This document shows, one piece after another, positions 14,765 through 23,803 of a DNA stretch of 29,912 nt (position 1 is its first letter; each line of letters starts with the position of its first letter). The position numbers and the translations under genes are program-made. The DNA comes from a virus (Duplodnaviria; Caudoviricetes), in the IMG/VR virus record IMGVR_UViG_3300022839_000071, positions 1-29,912 of that record; one strand, written 5' to 3'. The notes below the pieces were generated by a model, which did not search any database, had not been told where the DNA came from, and was given only the letters and a program-made list of their open reading frames with translations.

Positions 14765-15463
14765 TCAAGCAAATGGATTTGTGTACGTCTTGGCAAAATT
14801 GAGCAGCCCCTCTTGCCTTGTAACACCGGCCATAGTGCGCCCACCTTTGACAGCAAAGTCACCAGCCAGCTCAAGCTGTTTTGCAGACGTCTCTGCAACG
14901 TTTATCGTCACATCGGCCTGCTCCATGCCAGCAAGCAACATAGCTGAGGCGTCCTCAAAGCCGAGAATGTGCGCGGTCAAAGCGTTCAAATCAGAGACGC
15001 CAATGTCTCTATACGCAGCCCCGACATTAGCCACTTGCACAGCCCTGGCAGAACCCTCGTTGTACACCACGCCACTTGCGGCAGCCCTTGCGCGAGCCGA
15101 CGCGTTTGTGCGCTCAAGATCGCGCAGTATCCCGTTGCCAGCCATGACATAGTTCAGCGTGGTTTGCTGCGCCGCCTGCAATTTCCGACCGGCTTGGATC
15201 GACGCGTATTTGCGGTCTTGATCAGCACGAATCTGGGCAAGACGCAACGTGTCGGCGGCCTGGACTTGATACAGTCCCTGCTCATAATAAGCGGCGGCCT
15301 CTTGGCGTGATGCTGCGGCGTCTGCGTACAGCAGCCCGGTTATGCTAGACGTTGCGTTAATGCCAGACGTAATTGCGGAGCCGACCTGACCAATAGCGTC
15401 CCCTACCGTTTTAACTGCATTAAGCGCCCCGGTCCACGTGAAGTTATTAGTTGCAGTAGCCAT
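14765..15463 (-). CDS. Putative internal virion protein (T7 gp14-like position)
   Basis: 232 aa, Ala/Gly/Gln-rich, with an ASARARAAASGV..EGSA motif. Immediately follows tail tubular protein B; GGAGG RBS. Confidence 0.72.
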   Translation of the reverse strand: MATATNNFTWTGALNAVKTVGDAIGQVGSAITSGINATSSITGLLYADAAASRQEAAAYYEQGLYQVQAADTLRLAQIRADQDRKYASIQAGRKLQAAQQTTLNYVMAGNGILRDLERTNASARARAAASGVVYNEGSARAVQVANVGAAYRDIGVSDLNALTAHILGFEDASAMLLAGMEQADVTINVAETSAKQLELAGDFAVKGGRTMAGVTRQEGLLNFAKTYTNPFA

Positions 15464-15467
15464 TGTG

Positions 15468-17678
15468 TTACCTCCCGCCGCTCACAGCGACTTTGTATTC
15501 CAACCCAAGCAACGTCATTTTAAGAGGCAGAACCTGGCTGATTTCAACAAATTGCTCGCGGCTATATCCGAGCACTCCGTTCACGCGCTTAATACCGGTG
15601 AACGACGGAACGGGCTCATTCAAAATGTTGCTGCCAAACTTACGAAATGGCAGCTCGTTAGAGTTGATTTGCAAGTGCTGCGTGTCATTGACTATTGCGT
15701 TGATCTCAACCACTCGCTTCTTAAAACCCATGCGCGTGCCGCTTTGCAGCTGCATCTCAACGGGCATGGTCTTAACGTAGACATTGAACGGTAAGCCAAC
15801 TTCGTAGCTGACAGTGCTTGGCCTGTCAAATGTAACGGCCCCGCCGCTGACTGTCTCATTGTTCTGCGGAACGCCGTCGCAAATAACGTTTAATGACGCG
15901 CCTTCTTGCGGCAGACTGGTTGCGCCACTTGCTACTCCACCGACAAATCCGCAGTCTGTGTGTAGGTCGTAGTTAAAGAGCTCAACAAAGTAAGAATCGA
16001 TTTCGTCAAAGGTTCGTTTGACTACGGCGTAAATTTCTGTCACATCAACCTGCACATCCAGAAAACTGCCATCTGTAATAAACTCGCTTGGGGCTGTTAT
16101 TTGCTGACTGCGCATGACAGAGAACACGGCCATGCTGCCGTCGTCGTCGTTATTCATCAACAGCAAGTCGCCTTCATCCGTACTGGTTGCGCGTCGCAGA
16201 GCCATTCTGGTAGGGGACTTAAGCAAGTGCCCAGCCATCAAAGATATTCGCTGCGTGACGTATGTCAGCTGAGAGTCTGAGAACAAGAACTCATTAAGTG
16301 ATTTCCCTTCGCGCTGAATGTAGACGGTACCGCTTTCAAGTGACTGAACCCGTGTGCCCAGCTTGCTGCCATTCCGGGAAACGTTCTTAAAGTTAAGAGC
16401 CAATGGCGTAATAGGGTCGGTGCCGGACTGCGGCACATAGAACTCACCGCCGGTAGTAAACACCTGCAAGTCTCGACCAGAGATCATGTCAACAATAATG
16501 TTGAGCTGACTGGTGTCTAGCGTCGCTTCGACGGCGTCGTCGTCCAAAGATTCGGTCGGCACGAAGTCGTAGAAAATGCCAATCTTGCTGCCCCAGATCG
16601 TAGATGGGCGAGCCTTAGACCCGCCAAAATACAAGCGGCCCTCATGGAATACAACAGTGCGCGGCCAGCCTCTCTCTGATGACCACACATTTTCGTACTG
16701 ACTTTCAATAGACCAGTTGCCAACAGTCCTAGCAGTAGTATCAAAAAATGGATACTCAGTAATAACCCGCACTTCGGTGTCGCTTACAAACTCTAGAATT
16801 CTTGCCCGGCCCTGCGGGGAGGCGTTGATGTACTGGTTAACACTTTCCAGCGCAAACGGCACAATCCTGTATGAGTCGGGAGACACAGGCGCGGTGTCCC
16901 AAGCCGGAAACACAGTAGCCACTTTTGTTGTGCCGTTGTAGGCTGTTATTTTGCGAGACTTGTCAGACTGTGCGCCCGACGTCATATGCACATACAGGCC
17001 CTTAAAAATATTAGTAGTTGAATTAGCAGCGGCCTTGAGAGTGACCGATGTAGTTGTGGCGGCCTGGATGTTACCCGTGTCTGATGTGTACGCAGACGCC
17101 GTCAAGGTTATATTACCGCTAACCGCCGACGGAGTTATGGCTGCGGTGGGCTCTATAACTTCTAGGTTAAACGGGTATTTAGGGATACTGTCAAAAGTTA
17201 AATTTGTAACTGTCCAGCTTGCATCTGTAGCGCCGCGCACGAGCTTAACCGGTGCCAGGTCTGGATGCACAATAATCATTGTGTCTGCGGACTGGGTCCA
17301 GCACATATCATCAACCATGGCCGACGTAACCGATGTAACTAAGTATGGGTTGCCGGTCCCGTTGATGTCTGTAATCTGAACTCCGTCTTTAAAAACGTGC
17401 ATCCGGTTGTGTGTAAAACACAGCATATAACTGTCTGCGACAGAGAACTCAAACGGCACCAAACGCATACCGTTGCCAGCGCTTTCTGCGCCGCTGTTTG
17501 GTAGCGTGCCGATATACTTTAAACCGGGACGGCGACGCAGCCCGCCCTGGGGCTGGATGACTACGTTAGTGGCTTTGGCTAAGGCGTTGTTGTATTGCGA
17601 TAAATCGACCCTAGCGCGCAAAAGAGGGTCAAGCTCACCAGCGCTAAAGTTGGTTTGAATATCTACAAAACGCGGCAT
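15468..17678 (-). CDS. Tail tubular protein B / nozzle (T7 gp12-like)
   Basis: QTNFSAGELDP, QGGLRRRPG, LVPFEFS, WTQSADTM, GWPRTVVFHEGRLYFGG and QVLPLKMTLLGL motifs. ATG 17678 lies just after the tail tube A stop (ORF-track start 17696). Confidence 0.9.
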   Translation of the reverse strand: MPRFVDIQTNFSAGELDPLLRARVDLSQYNNALAKATNVVIQPQGGLRRRPGLKYIGTLPNSGAESAGNGMRLVPFEFSVADSYMLCFTHNRMHVFKDGVQITDINGTGNPYLVTSVTSAMVDDMCWTQSADTMIIVHPDLAPVKLVRGATDASWTVTNLTFDSIPKYPFNLEVIEPTAAITPSAVSGNITLTASAYTSDTGNIQAATTTSVTLKAAANSTTNIFKGLYVHMTSGAQSDKSRKITAYNGTTKVATVFPAWDTAPVSPDSYRIVPFALESVNQYINASPQGRARILEFVSDTEVRVITEYPFFDTTARTVGNWSIESQYENVWSSERGWPRTVVFHEGRLYFGGSKARPSTIWGSKIGIFYDFVPTESLDDDAVEATLDTSQLNIIVDMISGRDLQVFTTGGEFYVPQSGTDPITPLALNFKNVSRNGSKLGTRVQSLESGTVYIQREGKSLNEFLFSDSQLTYVTQRISLMAGHLLKSPTRMALRRATSTDEGDLLLMNNDDDGSMAVFSVMRSQQITAPSEFITDGSFLDVQVDVTEIYAVVKRTFDEIDSYFVELFNYDLHTDCGFVGGVASGATSLPQEGASLNVICDGVPQNNETVSGGAVTFDRPSTVSYEVGLPFNVYVKTMPVEMQLQSGTRMGFKKRVVEINAIVNDTQHLQINSNELPFRKFGSNILNEPVPSFTGIKRVNGVLGYSREQFVEISQVLPLKMTLLGLEYKVAVSGGR

Positions 17679-17679
17679 C

Positions 17680-18294
17680 TTAACCCCGTACAGCAATTAA
17701 GCTGTAATCTTCAATTACGCGAGACGGCTGGCTTTGGCCATCAATGTTTGCTGCTGTTCGGAAATATCCTCCCCGACCATTTTGGGCAGTCACGCCTACC
17801 GCAATTTGCTGCCAGTATATGGCCTTCTCGCGCTGTTCGGTAATCGGCTCGGCAACGTGCCAAGCAACCATGTACTTTAAAAATTGGATAAAGTATTGAG
17901 GCATCGCAAACTCTGCAATGCCATATTGATAGTCTATATAAACAGCTGTTAAGTTAGTCAGTAGCTGGTCGCCCTGAATTTCCCACTCTTTTTGGACCGG
18001 GGCCCCTACTGAGCTACTGTTATAAACAGCTCGAGGGTTGGCGAGCTTGTCGCCTGGCAGCTGGTATGCGTACTTCCAAACAGATGTTGGCGCGGTTAAT
18101 AACTGGGCCAGCTGCACTTTTTTTGTGTTGAAGCTCCACGGGTACATTACCAGGGAAGAGTCTCGAACATCGGGGTAAAGCCGGTCGCAAATACTAGATT
18201 CGTCGGTCCCCTCGTTAAAGCTGCTAATTGCTTTTGCTCCGAGCATGAGCAAAGCGTCGGAACAAACAGTTACGCCAGTGTCACCTGAAGCCAT
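17680..18294 (-). CDS. Tail tubular protein A / adaptor (T7 gp11-like)
   Basis: VCSDALLMLGAKAISSF, YPWSF and WKYAYQLPGD motifs; synteny; GAGG RBS. Confidence 0.9.
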   Translation of the reverse strand: MASGDTGVTVCSDALLMLGAKAISSFNEGTDESSICDRLYPDVRDSSLVMYPWSFNTKKVQLAQLLTAPTSVWKYAYQLPGDKLANPRAVYNSSSVGAPVQKEWEIQGDQLLTNLTAVYIDYQYGIAEFAMPQYFIQFLKYMVAWHVAEPITEQREKAIYWQQIAVGVTAQNGRGGYFRTAANIDGQSQPSRVIEDYSLIAVRG

Positions 18295-18310
18295 ATAAAC
18301 CTCTTATGCA

Positions 18311-18345
18311 AGAAAGGGCAGCCCTAGAAAACTAGAGGCCGCCCT
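18311..18345 (-). terminator. Probable intrinsic terminator or attenuating hairpin after the capsid and decoration genes
   Basis: On the - strand: AGGGCGGCC(T)CTAG-TTTT-CTAGGGCTGCCCT followed by a short TTCTT tract. Confidence 0.65.
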
Positions 18346-18362
18346 GTTCACTCGACTAAAAA

Positions 18363-18641
18363 TTAGTCGGTGTCGGTGTTGGCCAACACAGTGCCATCGG
18401 ATACGTCCACAACGCCAGATGCGTTAGATAAGACGTAGGCCAATGTAGCCACTGCAGTAGAGCCAGTGCTGGTTACGCAGTAGATCAAGTCGCCGACTTC
18501 CAATGTGTCAGACAGGTAATTGAAGTAACCCGCTGTGTTCACATCAGCCATTGCGTCAGCAGTCTTGTATGCGTAAATACTCGGCGCGTTACCGCGCTTT
18601 GATGCCGCTACAGATGTTAATCCAGTAGTTGAAAAAGCCAT
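18363..18641 (-). CDS. Small capsid-associated (decoration/cement-like) protein
   Basis: 92 aa directly after the major capsid gene with a strong AAGGAG RBS; YKTAD..DVNTAGYF..LEVGDLI pattern. Confidence 0.65.
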   Translation of the reverse strand: MAFSTTGLTSVAASKRGNAPSIYAYKTADAMADVNTAGYFNYLSDTLEVGDLIYCVTSTGSTAVATLAYVLSNASGVVDVSDGTVLANTDTD

Positions 18642-18661
18642 GATTCTTTGCTCCTTAAAGA

Positions 18662-19504
18662 TTAAGATTCGCGGCAGGTAATGGAAACGACACCTTCAGC
18701 GTCGATGGCTACTGCCCCGGCACTAAACACTTCGTTAACCAACCAGCTGGTCTTCTCTGCAATGTAGTTAATCTCGGTACGCATACCGAGGCCTTCGCCG
18801 TAGCCAATGGCGTCACGGTGGAAAGCAAAGCAAGTACGGTCGCTAGAACCGTCGATTGCCAAGCCACCCTCTGTGCGGTCGCCGATGGTGTGGAACTGGA
18901 AGCCCAAGAATGTGTTGACTTCACCCTGAACCAACGCTTTTACAGAGTTGAAGTCAGAAGAAGTTACAGCAGTCTCAGACAACAAAGAGGCCAAGCCATT
19001 TGCGTGCAAGATAATGTGACGATTGTCCATGGGTACGTTTGAAGCATCCATTAGTCGCTTGGACTCACGGAGCTTGGCAACGTTCATATTGGTAGCAGAG
19101 CCACCGATACTGTTAGCCACGGTCAACGATGTGCCAGATGCAGCGAGTGCGTCTAGGATCATTTGATCTTGACGACGGCCCATTGCGGTAGCGACTACTT
19201 GAACCAGCTCTTGACGCTCGTCAAAGTTGACTTTGGCTTGGCTGAAGATGTCGCTGTATTCAGCGGCGTTCCAGTCTGTCAATGTCAACGTGACTTGCGA
19301 GAAGCCGACGTTAAGTGGTGTTACATCAGTTTGTGCAATACGGGGAGTAGCTACGCCACGGCCCACTTTTGGGAACTTAACAGTTGAACCTTCGACACCA
19401 CGACGCGCGCGGACAGCACCCACCAATTGGGCTTTGCCTTGGTAGGCTTGCTTAACCTCTGCGTCGAACAGTGTTACAAAGGCGTTTGATAAAGACACGC
19501 TCAT
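18662..19504 (-). CDS. Major capsid protein
   Basis: FVTLFDAEVKQAYQ, VEGSTVKFPKVG, AMGRRQDQMILDAL, TSSDF..VKALVQGEVNTFLGFQF and GAVAIDAEGVV motifs. Follows the scaffold; GAGGT RBS. Confidence 0.93.
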   Translation of the reverse strand: MSVSLSNAFVTLFDAEVKQAYQGKAQLVGAVRARRGVEGSTVKFPKVGRGVATPRIAQTDVTPLNVGFSQVTLTLTDWNAAEYSDIFSQAKVNFDERQELVQVVATAMGRRQDQMILDALAASGTSLTVANSIGGSATNMNVAKLRESKRLMDASNVPMDNRHIILHANGLASLLSETAVTSSDFNSVKALVQGEVNTFLGFQFHTIGDRTEGGLAIDGSSDRTCFAFHRDAIGYGEGLGMRTEINYIAEKTSWLVNEVFSAGAVAIDAEGVVSITCRES

Positions 19505-19640
19505 TTTGTTTACCTCATTCGGTTGTTGATCAGGATTATCGCGCCGGTGAGCCAGTAAACTGGGCCGATTGCTTGCTACTTACGGTAGCCAATCGTCAGC
19601 ATCTCACTGCGGTCAGGGTCGCTTGCGCGGTAGGCCTTGT
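19505..19640 (-). promoter_or_regulatory. Structured 5' leader of the major capsid gene
   Basis: Four hairpins on the - strand: CGC-GCAA-GCG (19620-19629), GCA-GTGAGA-TGC (19599-19610), CGATTG-[GCTAC-CGTAA-GTAGC]-AAG-CAATCG (19566-19595) and CCAG-TTTA-CTGG (19552-19563). Confidence 0.55.
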
Positions 19641-19645
19641 AAATA

Positions 19646-19673
19646 ATTGTAATCTAATTTGAATAAATCACAA
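19646..19673 (-). promoter_or_regulatory. Sigma70-like promoter for the capsid gene
   Basis: TTGTGA-N16-TACAAT in an AT-rich patch just downstream of a terminator. Confidence 0.6.
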
Positions 19674-19679
19674 TAGGGT

Positions 19680-19708
19680 AAAAAAAGCCCCGCCGAAACG
19701 GGGAAAAG
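19680..19708 (-). terminator. Intrinsic terminator after the scaffold gene
   Basis: On the - strand: CCCCGT-TTCG-GCGGGG followed by C and T7. Confidence 0.85.
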
Positions 19709-19737
19709 CAAAGCCTGCAGAGCTTCGCTAGGAGAAA

Positions 19738-19800
19738 TTACTTTTTAGGCGGTTTCTTATTTTTTGCCTTACGCATATTACGCACTGGTAGTTCTCTCAT
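19738..19800 (-). CDS. Possible 20-aa basic peptide
   Basis: MRELPVRNMRKAKNKKPPKK*, with GGGAAGG upstream; lies between the scaffold stop and the terminator. Confidence 0.45.
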   Translation of the reverse strand: MRELPVRNMRKAKNKKPPKK

Positions 19801-19819
19801 TGGAGTCGCCTTCCCTGTT

Positions 19820-20605
19820 TTAGTTTGCGAATTGAGCAAATGCTTTTTCGACCTTTGATCGGTATGCCTTATCGGTCTGGTACCTGGGGTCCCCCACCAT
19901 CTCGTAAAGCTCATCTTTACTTGGAGCCCCATCTACCGGGATAGACTGCGTCGGAATCCGGCCCTCATAGGCAGAGCGCATTTTCTGCAGGGCATTTAAC
20001 CCCTTGGCGGTCCCACCCATAATCTTGTACTCTTCGAAATCTTCGTTCGACCACACGCCTTTGTTGACAAAGCTCCGACCCCAGTCCGCCATGCTGTTAA
20101 CAACAGCCTGGGCGTTAGGCCCCAACTTCTTCATCTCGGCGGCGGCGTCCATTGGAGGGGGCGCCATTTGCTGTGATATGTCTTGGAATTGAGAGGCCAT
20201 CTCGTTAAAGGCGGCCTGGCTGACGCCGTACTTTTGCGCCCAGCCAAGGTAAGCGGACGCCAGCGGGTCCTCCCCAATGTTCTCTGTTTTAAAAACACTC
20301 GTGTCGTATTTGCCATCGGGCGGCGCTTTGTGTGCGCCCTGGCTCACCATCTTGCGCATATCGGCCCAGCTCTTGGCCATGCCCTCATAGTTGGCTTGGC
20401 CGTCCTCGGCGTTCCAGAAATTTTCTGGCATCCACTCTGGACGGTCAACTGGAGCGCCTGGTATTTTCCCGGGCTCTGTATTGTCTGCCGCTTGATGGGT
20501 GATCTCAGACTTTTGGGGGCTGTCTTGGGCTTGTGTGTTTTCGTCTTTAACGGTCACGTTGTCCAATAGGCCGCTTTCTACGGGTTGGTCGTTTGTGTCG
20601 CTCAT
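19820..20605 (-). CDS. Capsid scaffolding protein
   Basis: Acidic disordered N-terminus, RPEWMPENFW, and a C-terminal DPRYQTDKAYRSKVEKAF; lies between portal and capsid. Confidence 0.85.
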   Translation of the reverse strand: MSDTNDQPVESGLLDNVTVKDENTQAQDSPQKSEITHQAADNTEPGKIPGAPVDRPEWMPENFWNAEDGQANYEGMAKSWADMRKMVSQGAHKAPPDGKYDTSVFKTENIGEDPLASAYLGWAQKYGVSQAAFNEMASQFQDISQQMAPPPMDAAAEMKKLGPNAQAVVNSMADWGRSFVNKGVWSNEDFEEYKIMGGTAKGLNALQKMRSAYEGRIPTQSIPVDGAPSKDELYEMVGDPRYQTDKAYRSKVEKAFAQFAN

Positions 20606-20865
20606 ATCTTCCTTGCTTGGTTAATCCGCGCCTCGATATCACGAATCACGTTTCTTTGCCCTTCAGCAAAAAATGCGTGAGACGGGTCTGTGCCTGGCAC
20701 GGCGATTGGCACATCTACATAGACGCTATGCAGCCACTCAAGAATCTTCTTGCCGTCGCCGCCGCCAAATACGCGTAGGCATAGTCTGGCTGTGTCTTCG
20801 CGTTGTTGGCTAACATCATGGTTAACTGGGGCCTCCGGCTCCTCTAAGTCATCCCAGCCAGCCAT
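20602..20865 (-). CDS. Small conserved protein between portal and scaffold (BPP-1 Bbp19-like)
   Basis: VFGGGDGKKILEWL...AFFAEGQRNVIRDIEARI pattern and synteny. Confidence 0.75.
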   Translation of the reverse strand: MAGWDDLEEPEAPVNHDVSQQREDTARLCLRVFGGGDGKKILEWLHSVYVDVPIAVPGTDPSHAFFAEGQRNVIRDIEARINQARKI

Positions 20866-22463
20866 TATGCGACCCCAGGTGGTGGTGGCATAGCCTGTCC
20901 AGATTGCTGCATAGCCATCTGCGCTTGCATGGCCAAGGCCTGCTGATCTTGCTGTTGCTGGATCATAAATGCACGCTCGGCTGGGTCATTGCGCAGTGAC
21001 TGCGGAACGCCTAGCTTGTCTCCCAGGTAGTCGATCATTTCGCCGTACTTAACAGCGGTGGCGCCTTCCGGTCCAAGCTCCTTAACTAGCTGAGAGAATT
21101 GAATCGCGGCGTTGATCTCGTCCATCGCCTGGGCGTTTGCTAGGGGTGATACGGCGGAGACTTTGACCTCCAACCCGTTGACCTGCAATGGCAGATCAAT
21201 TGTTCCACGCTCGTCCATAACCTGGAGAATCTTAGACACCAGCGGAATCATTGTCTCATTGATCAAACGGCCAAAGGCGGAGCCCAGGTTTTGAGAGAGC
21301 TCTTTCATGCGCTCGATAATCTCTGTAGCAGAGCGAGCGCTCATATTCTCTGGCGGCAACGATTCATCAAGCAGGTATCGTTTTACCGACGCGCGCATAT
21401 CATTGATTACCAATTGCGTGATGTTGAAATCTCCAGAGCGCGGAAGCGCTTGCAGCGCAGGGCCTTGTGGCCCACCGTTGCGGGCTACTGGGATAATCGC
21501 TCCGGGTACAATCCTTACGGTGTTTGGATTCAAGACCCCGTCATCGGCTGCGGTGTAGACACCAGCAACAGCCAAACTAGCGTTTTTAAGCAACAGCTCA
21601 ATTGTTTTGTTTAGGGTTTTAATGTCTGGAAGCGCTGTCATTAGCGGACCGCGACCATAGATTTCTCCGGCCACTTTCATGTAGCGGCTAATAACCCACG
21701 GGCTGTATGTCTGGCGTCGGTAGACGATCTCTTCTTTAGACACATTGTCAATAACGTGGTAGCAGTAGTCGCCACGCTGGTGGTCGTAAATTGTAGCCTC
21801 AAGCAGCTCAACGTCGTTTTCTGGCTTCTGCTCAATACGGCGGCTTATTTCAGCAGACAACTTTGCATCTGGCCACTGTCGCTCGATAGTCTCGCCCTTC
21901 ATTCTGATCTTGCGGTAGACATTGTCTACCTGGCCATTGGCCCCCTCTTCGTATGTAACCAAGAACAACGGCACGGGAATAAAGTTAATAGGACTTACGT
22001 CATCGCCAGGCTGCACCATCATGCAAGCGGTGCCGACAGCAAGGTCGAGCAAGAACTCACCCATTGCAATGTCAAAGTTAGACTGCCGGAGCACAGCAAA
22101 CATTTTGTCGTTGTAAAGGTCCAGTATCGAGTTAGCTTGAGCCCTGCGCTCAACGGGTATATCCATACCAGGCTCGAGCTTGCACCATTGGCGCTGTGGA
22201 GGGAAGACAGCAGATTGCAAACGGTTGGCAAATCGCTGGGTAGAGTTAATCGCCGTAGAGTCAAAGACCCTCTGCATCTTCTTTGATCCAGTGCTTCCAC
22301 CCTCCCAAACGCCATATAGCTGGCGCTGCGGAAGCGCAAACTCATACGCGTCCTGGTAGATTTGCTGGAACTCATCCTTCTTTGTCTGGGCGGTTTTCTG
22401 ACGCTTAATGATGTCGTCGGGCGATAACCGTTTGCCGCCTGTGGTTTCTTTAGAGTATTCCAT
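20865..22463 (-). CDS. Portal (head-to-tail connector) protein
   Basis: 532 aa with VFDSTA, LDLAVGTA, GEIYGRGP...ALPDIKTLN, RSATEI.ER..EL...LG..FGRL..E and SPLANAQ motifs of the T7 gp8-type connector family. Confidence 0.95.
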   Translation of the reverse strand: MEYSKETTGGKRLSPDDIIKRQKTAQTKKDEFQQIYQDAYEFALPQRQLYGVWEGGSTGSKKMQRVFDSTAINSTQRFANRLQSAVFPPQRQWCKLEPGMDIPVERRAQANSILDLYNDKMFAVLRQSNFDIAMGEFLLDLAVGTACMMVQPGDDVSPINFIPVPLFLVTYEEGANGQVDNVYRKIRMKGETIERQWPDAKLSAEISRRIEQKPENDVELLEATIYDHQRGDYCYHVIDNVSKEEIVYRRQTYSPWVISRYMKVAGEIYGRGPLMTALPDIKTLNKTIELLLKNASLAVAGVYTAADDGVLNPNTVRIVPGAIIPVARNGGPQGPALQALPRSGDFNITQLVINDMRASVKRYLLDESLPPENMSARSATEIIERMKELSQNLGSAFGRLINETMIPLVSKILQVMDERGTIDLPLQVNGLEVKVSAVSPLANAQAMDEINAAIQFSQLVKELGPEGATAVKYGEMIDYLGDKLGVPQSLRNDPAERAFMIQQQQDQQALAMQAQMAMQQSGQAMPPPPGVA

Positions 22464-23104
22464 TACATTCCACCTAATTTTGTTGCGCCGCCAAGGGCTC
22501 CTGGGATACCGCCCAAACTAATTGATTCACCAAGGCCTTGTACGCCTTGGTCTAATGTATCGCTAATACCCATGATTGATCTTGATGTTGCGGACTTCAC
22601 CGCGCGTGTTCTTGATGACACGCGCTCGGCAGCCTCTCGTTTAAAGCCACTCATCTCACTTGTAAACGCTTCGGTAGACGCGACCTGGAGAGCTTCGGTT
22701 TCTTTTATTTGAGTCTGAAAGGCGGCTTGTTGCACGGCAAACGCGCGCTCTTGGCCGGCCATTTGTTCTTTTAACGAGGCCTGGTCGGCTTGGTATTGCG
22801 CTTGTGCCGCCTGCGCTTGGCGCTGCTGCTCGGCCATTGTTGCGGCAATTGAAGACCTAGCACTCTCAAACTCTGCCGACTGCCTGGTCTGTGTAGCGAG
22901 AAGCTCGGCGTTTGACCTATCGATCTCGCTTTGCAATTCTTTGTCTAAGCGCGCCTGCTCGGCGATAAATTCATTTTCGGCTTGGGCCTGGGTATCGGTG
23001 TACAGCTTGTCTAATCTTAGCTGCTCATCTCTAGCCGAGGCCACATCTGCGGCCTCTTGCTCCGCAATACGGGCCTCATAATTAGCGAGTTCTTGTTCGG
23101 TCAT
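22463..23104 (-). CDS. Ala/Gln/Glu-rich coiled-coil protein, probably virion-associated
   Basis: 213 aa, TAATG-coupled to the portal; Gly-rich C-terminus ending KLGGM. Confidence 0.75.
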   Translation of the reverse strand: MTEQELANYEARIAEQEAADVASARDEQLRLDKLYTDTQAQAENEFIAEQARLDKELQSEIDRSNAELLATQTRQSAEFESARSSIAATMAEQQRQAQAAQAQYQADQASLKEQMAGQERAFAVQQAAFQTQIKETEALQVASTEAFTSEMSGFKREAAERVSSRTRAVKSATSRSIMGISDTLDQGVQGLGESISLGGIPGALGGATKLGGM

Positions 23105-23802
23105 TAGATGCTTCGTGTAACGTCACCATAACCCGGCACTAACCCAGCCTCTGGGTTTAAGCGGGCCTCTGACAACAAAGATCGGCGACCAGACCGACGC
23201 GACGCCGTAAGTCTCGCCGACTCACGCTGCGCAGTTGTGCGGCGCTCTTCCTCAAGCACTTTTGCTTGGGCGGCTTGCTGCTCTAGCATCAATGTTTTTT
23301 GCTCTGCATATTGCTCTTGCTGTTGTGCGAGCTGCGCTTTTGCCGTCTCCGCAGCTTGCGCTTGCTGCGTAGAGAGGTTGGTCATCAAAGCTCTTTGCTC
23401 GGCGGCTGATAACTGCATTTGCTGCAGCTCGTTTGCCGACGCAGTTTGCTGGGCCAATAGACTCGCGGAGTTGTTAGACTTTTGCTCTGACAGACGCTGC
23501 ATCTCGGCTTCGGCGGCTGCCTGAGAAGTCGCCGCCGTCTGATCTCTTAAGAGCTTCGACTGATCGGCTGATGCCGTTCTGTTTTTCTCTGCTTGAGTCA
23601 TAGATGCCTCACGCGCTAAACGAGCAGTCTCTGTCGCTGTATCGCGCGCTTTTTGCGCGTCGGCGGCGGCTTGTGTTCTGGCCGCAGCCGCTTCAGATCG
23701 AGCGGTGTCCGCAGATGCCGCCGCTTGCTTGCGAGTTTTTATGGACTCAGAAACACTGACAACAGCTGCCGTCGCTGCAATGTATGGTAGTGCTGCACCC
23801 AT
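23104..23802 (-). CDS. Ala/Gln-rich coiled-coil protein, probably virion-associated
   Basis: 232 aa with hydrophobic N-terminus MGAALPYIAATAAVVSV and C-terminal RRSGRRSLLS; AGGAG RBS. Confidence 0.75.
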   Translation of the reverse strand: MGAALPYIAATAAVVSVSESIKTRKQAAASADTARSEAAAARTQAAADAQKARDTATETARLAREASMTQAEKNRTASADQSKLLRDQTAATSQAAAEAEMQRLSEQKSNNSASLLAQQTASANELQQMQLSAAEQRALMTNLSTQQAQAAETAKAQLAQQQEQYAEQKTLMLEQQAAQAKVLEEERRTTAQRESARLTASRRSGRRSLLSEARLNPEAGLVPGYGDVTRSI

Positions 23803-23803
23803 T

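Noticed and set aside
18363-18700. Capsid frameshift or readthrough fusion into the downstream 92-aa gene (T7 10A/10B-like)
   Set aside because: No slippery heptamer is seen near the capsid stop, simple readthrough is out of frame, and the downstream gene has its own strong RBS.
19505-19640. Capsid leader as a tRNA or known riboswitch
   Set aside because: There is no cloverleaf with T-loop or D-loop consensus and no riboswitch consensus I recognise. It is kept only as an unclassified structured leader.
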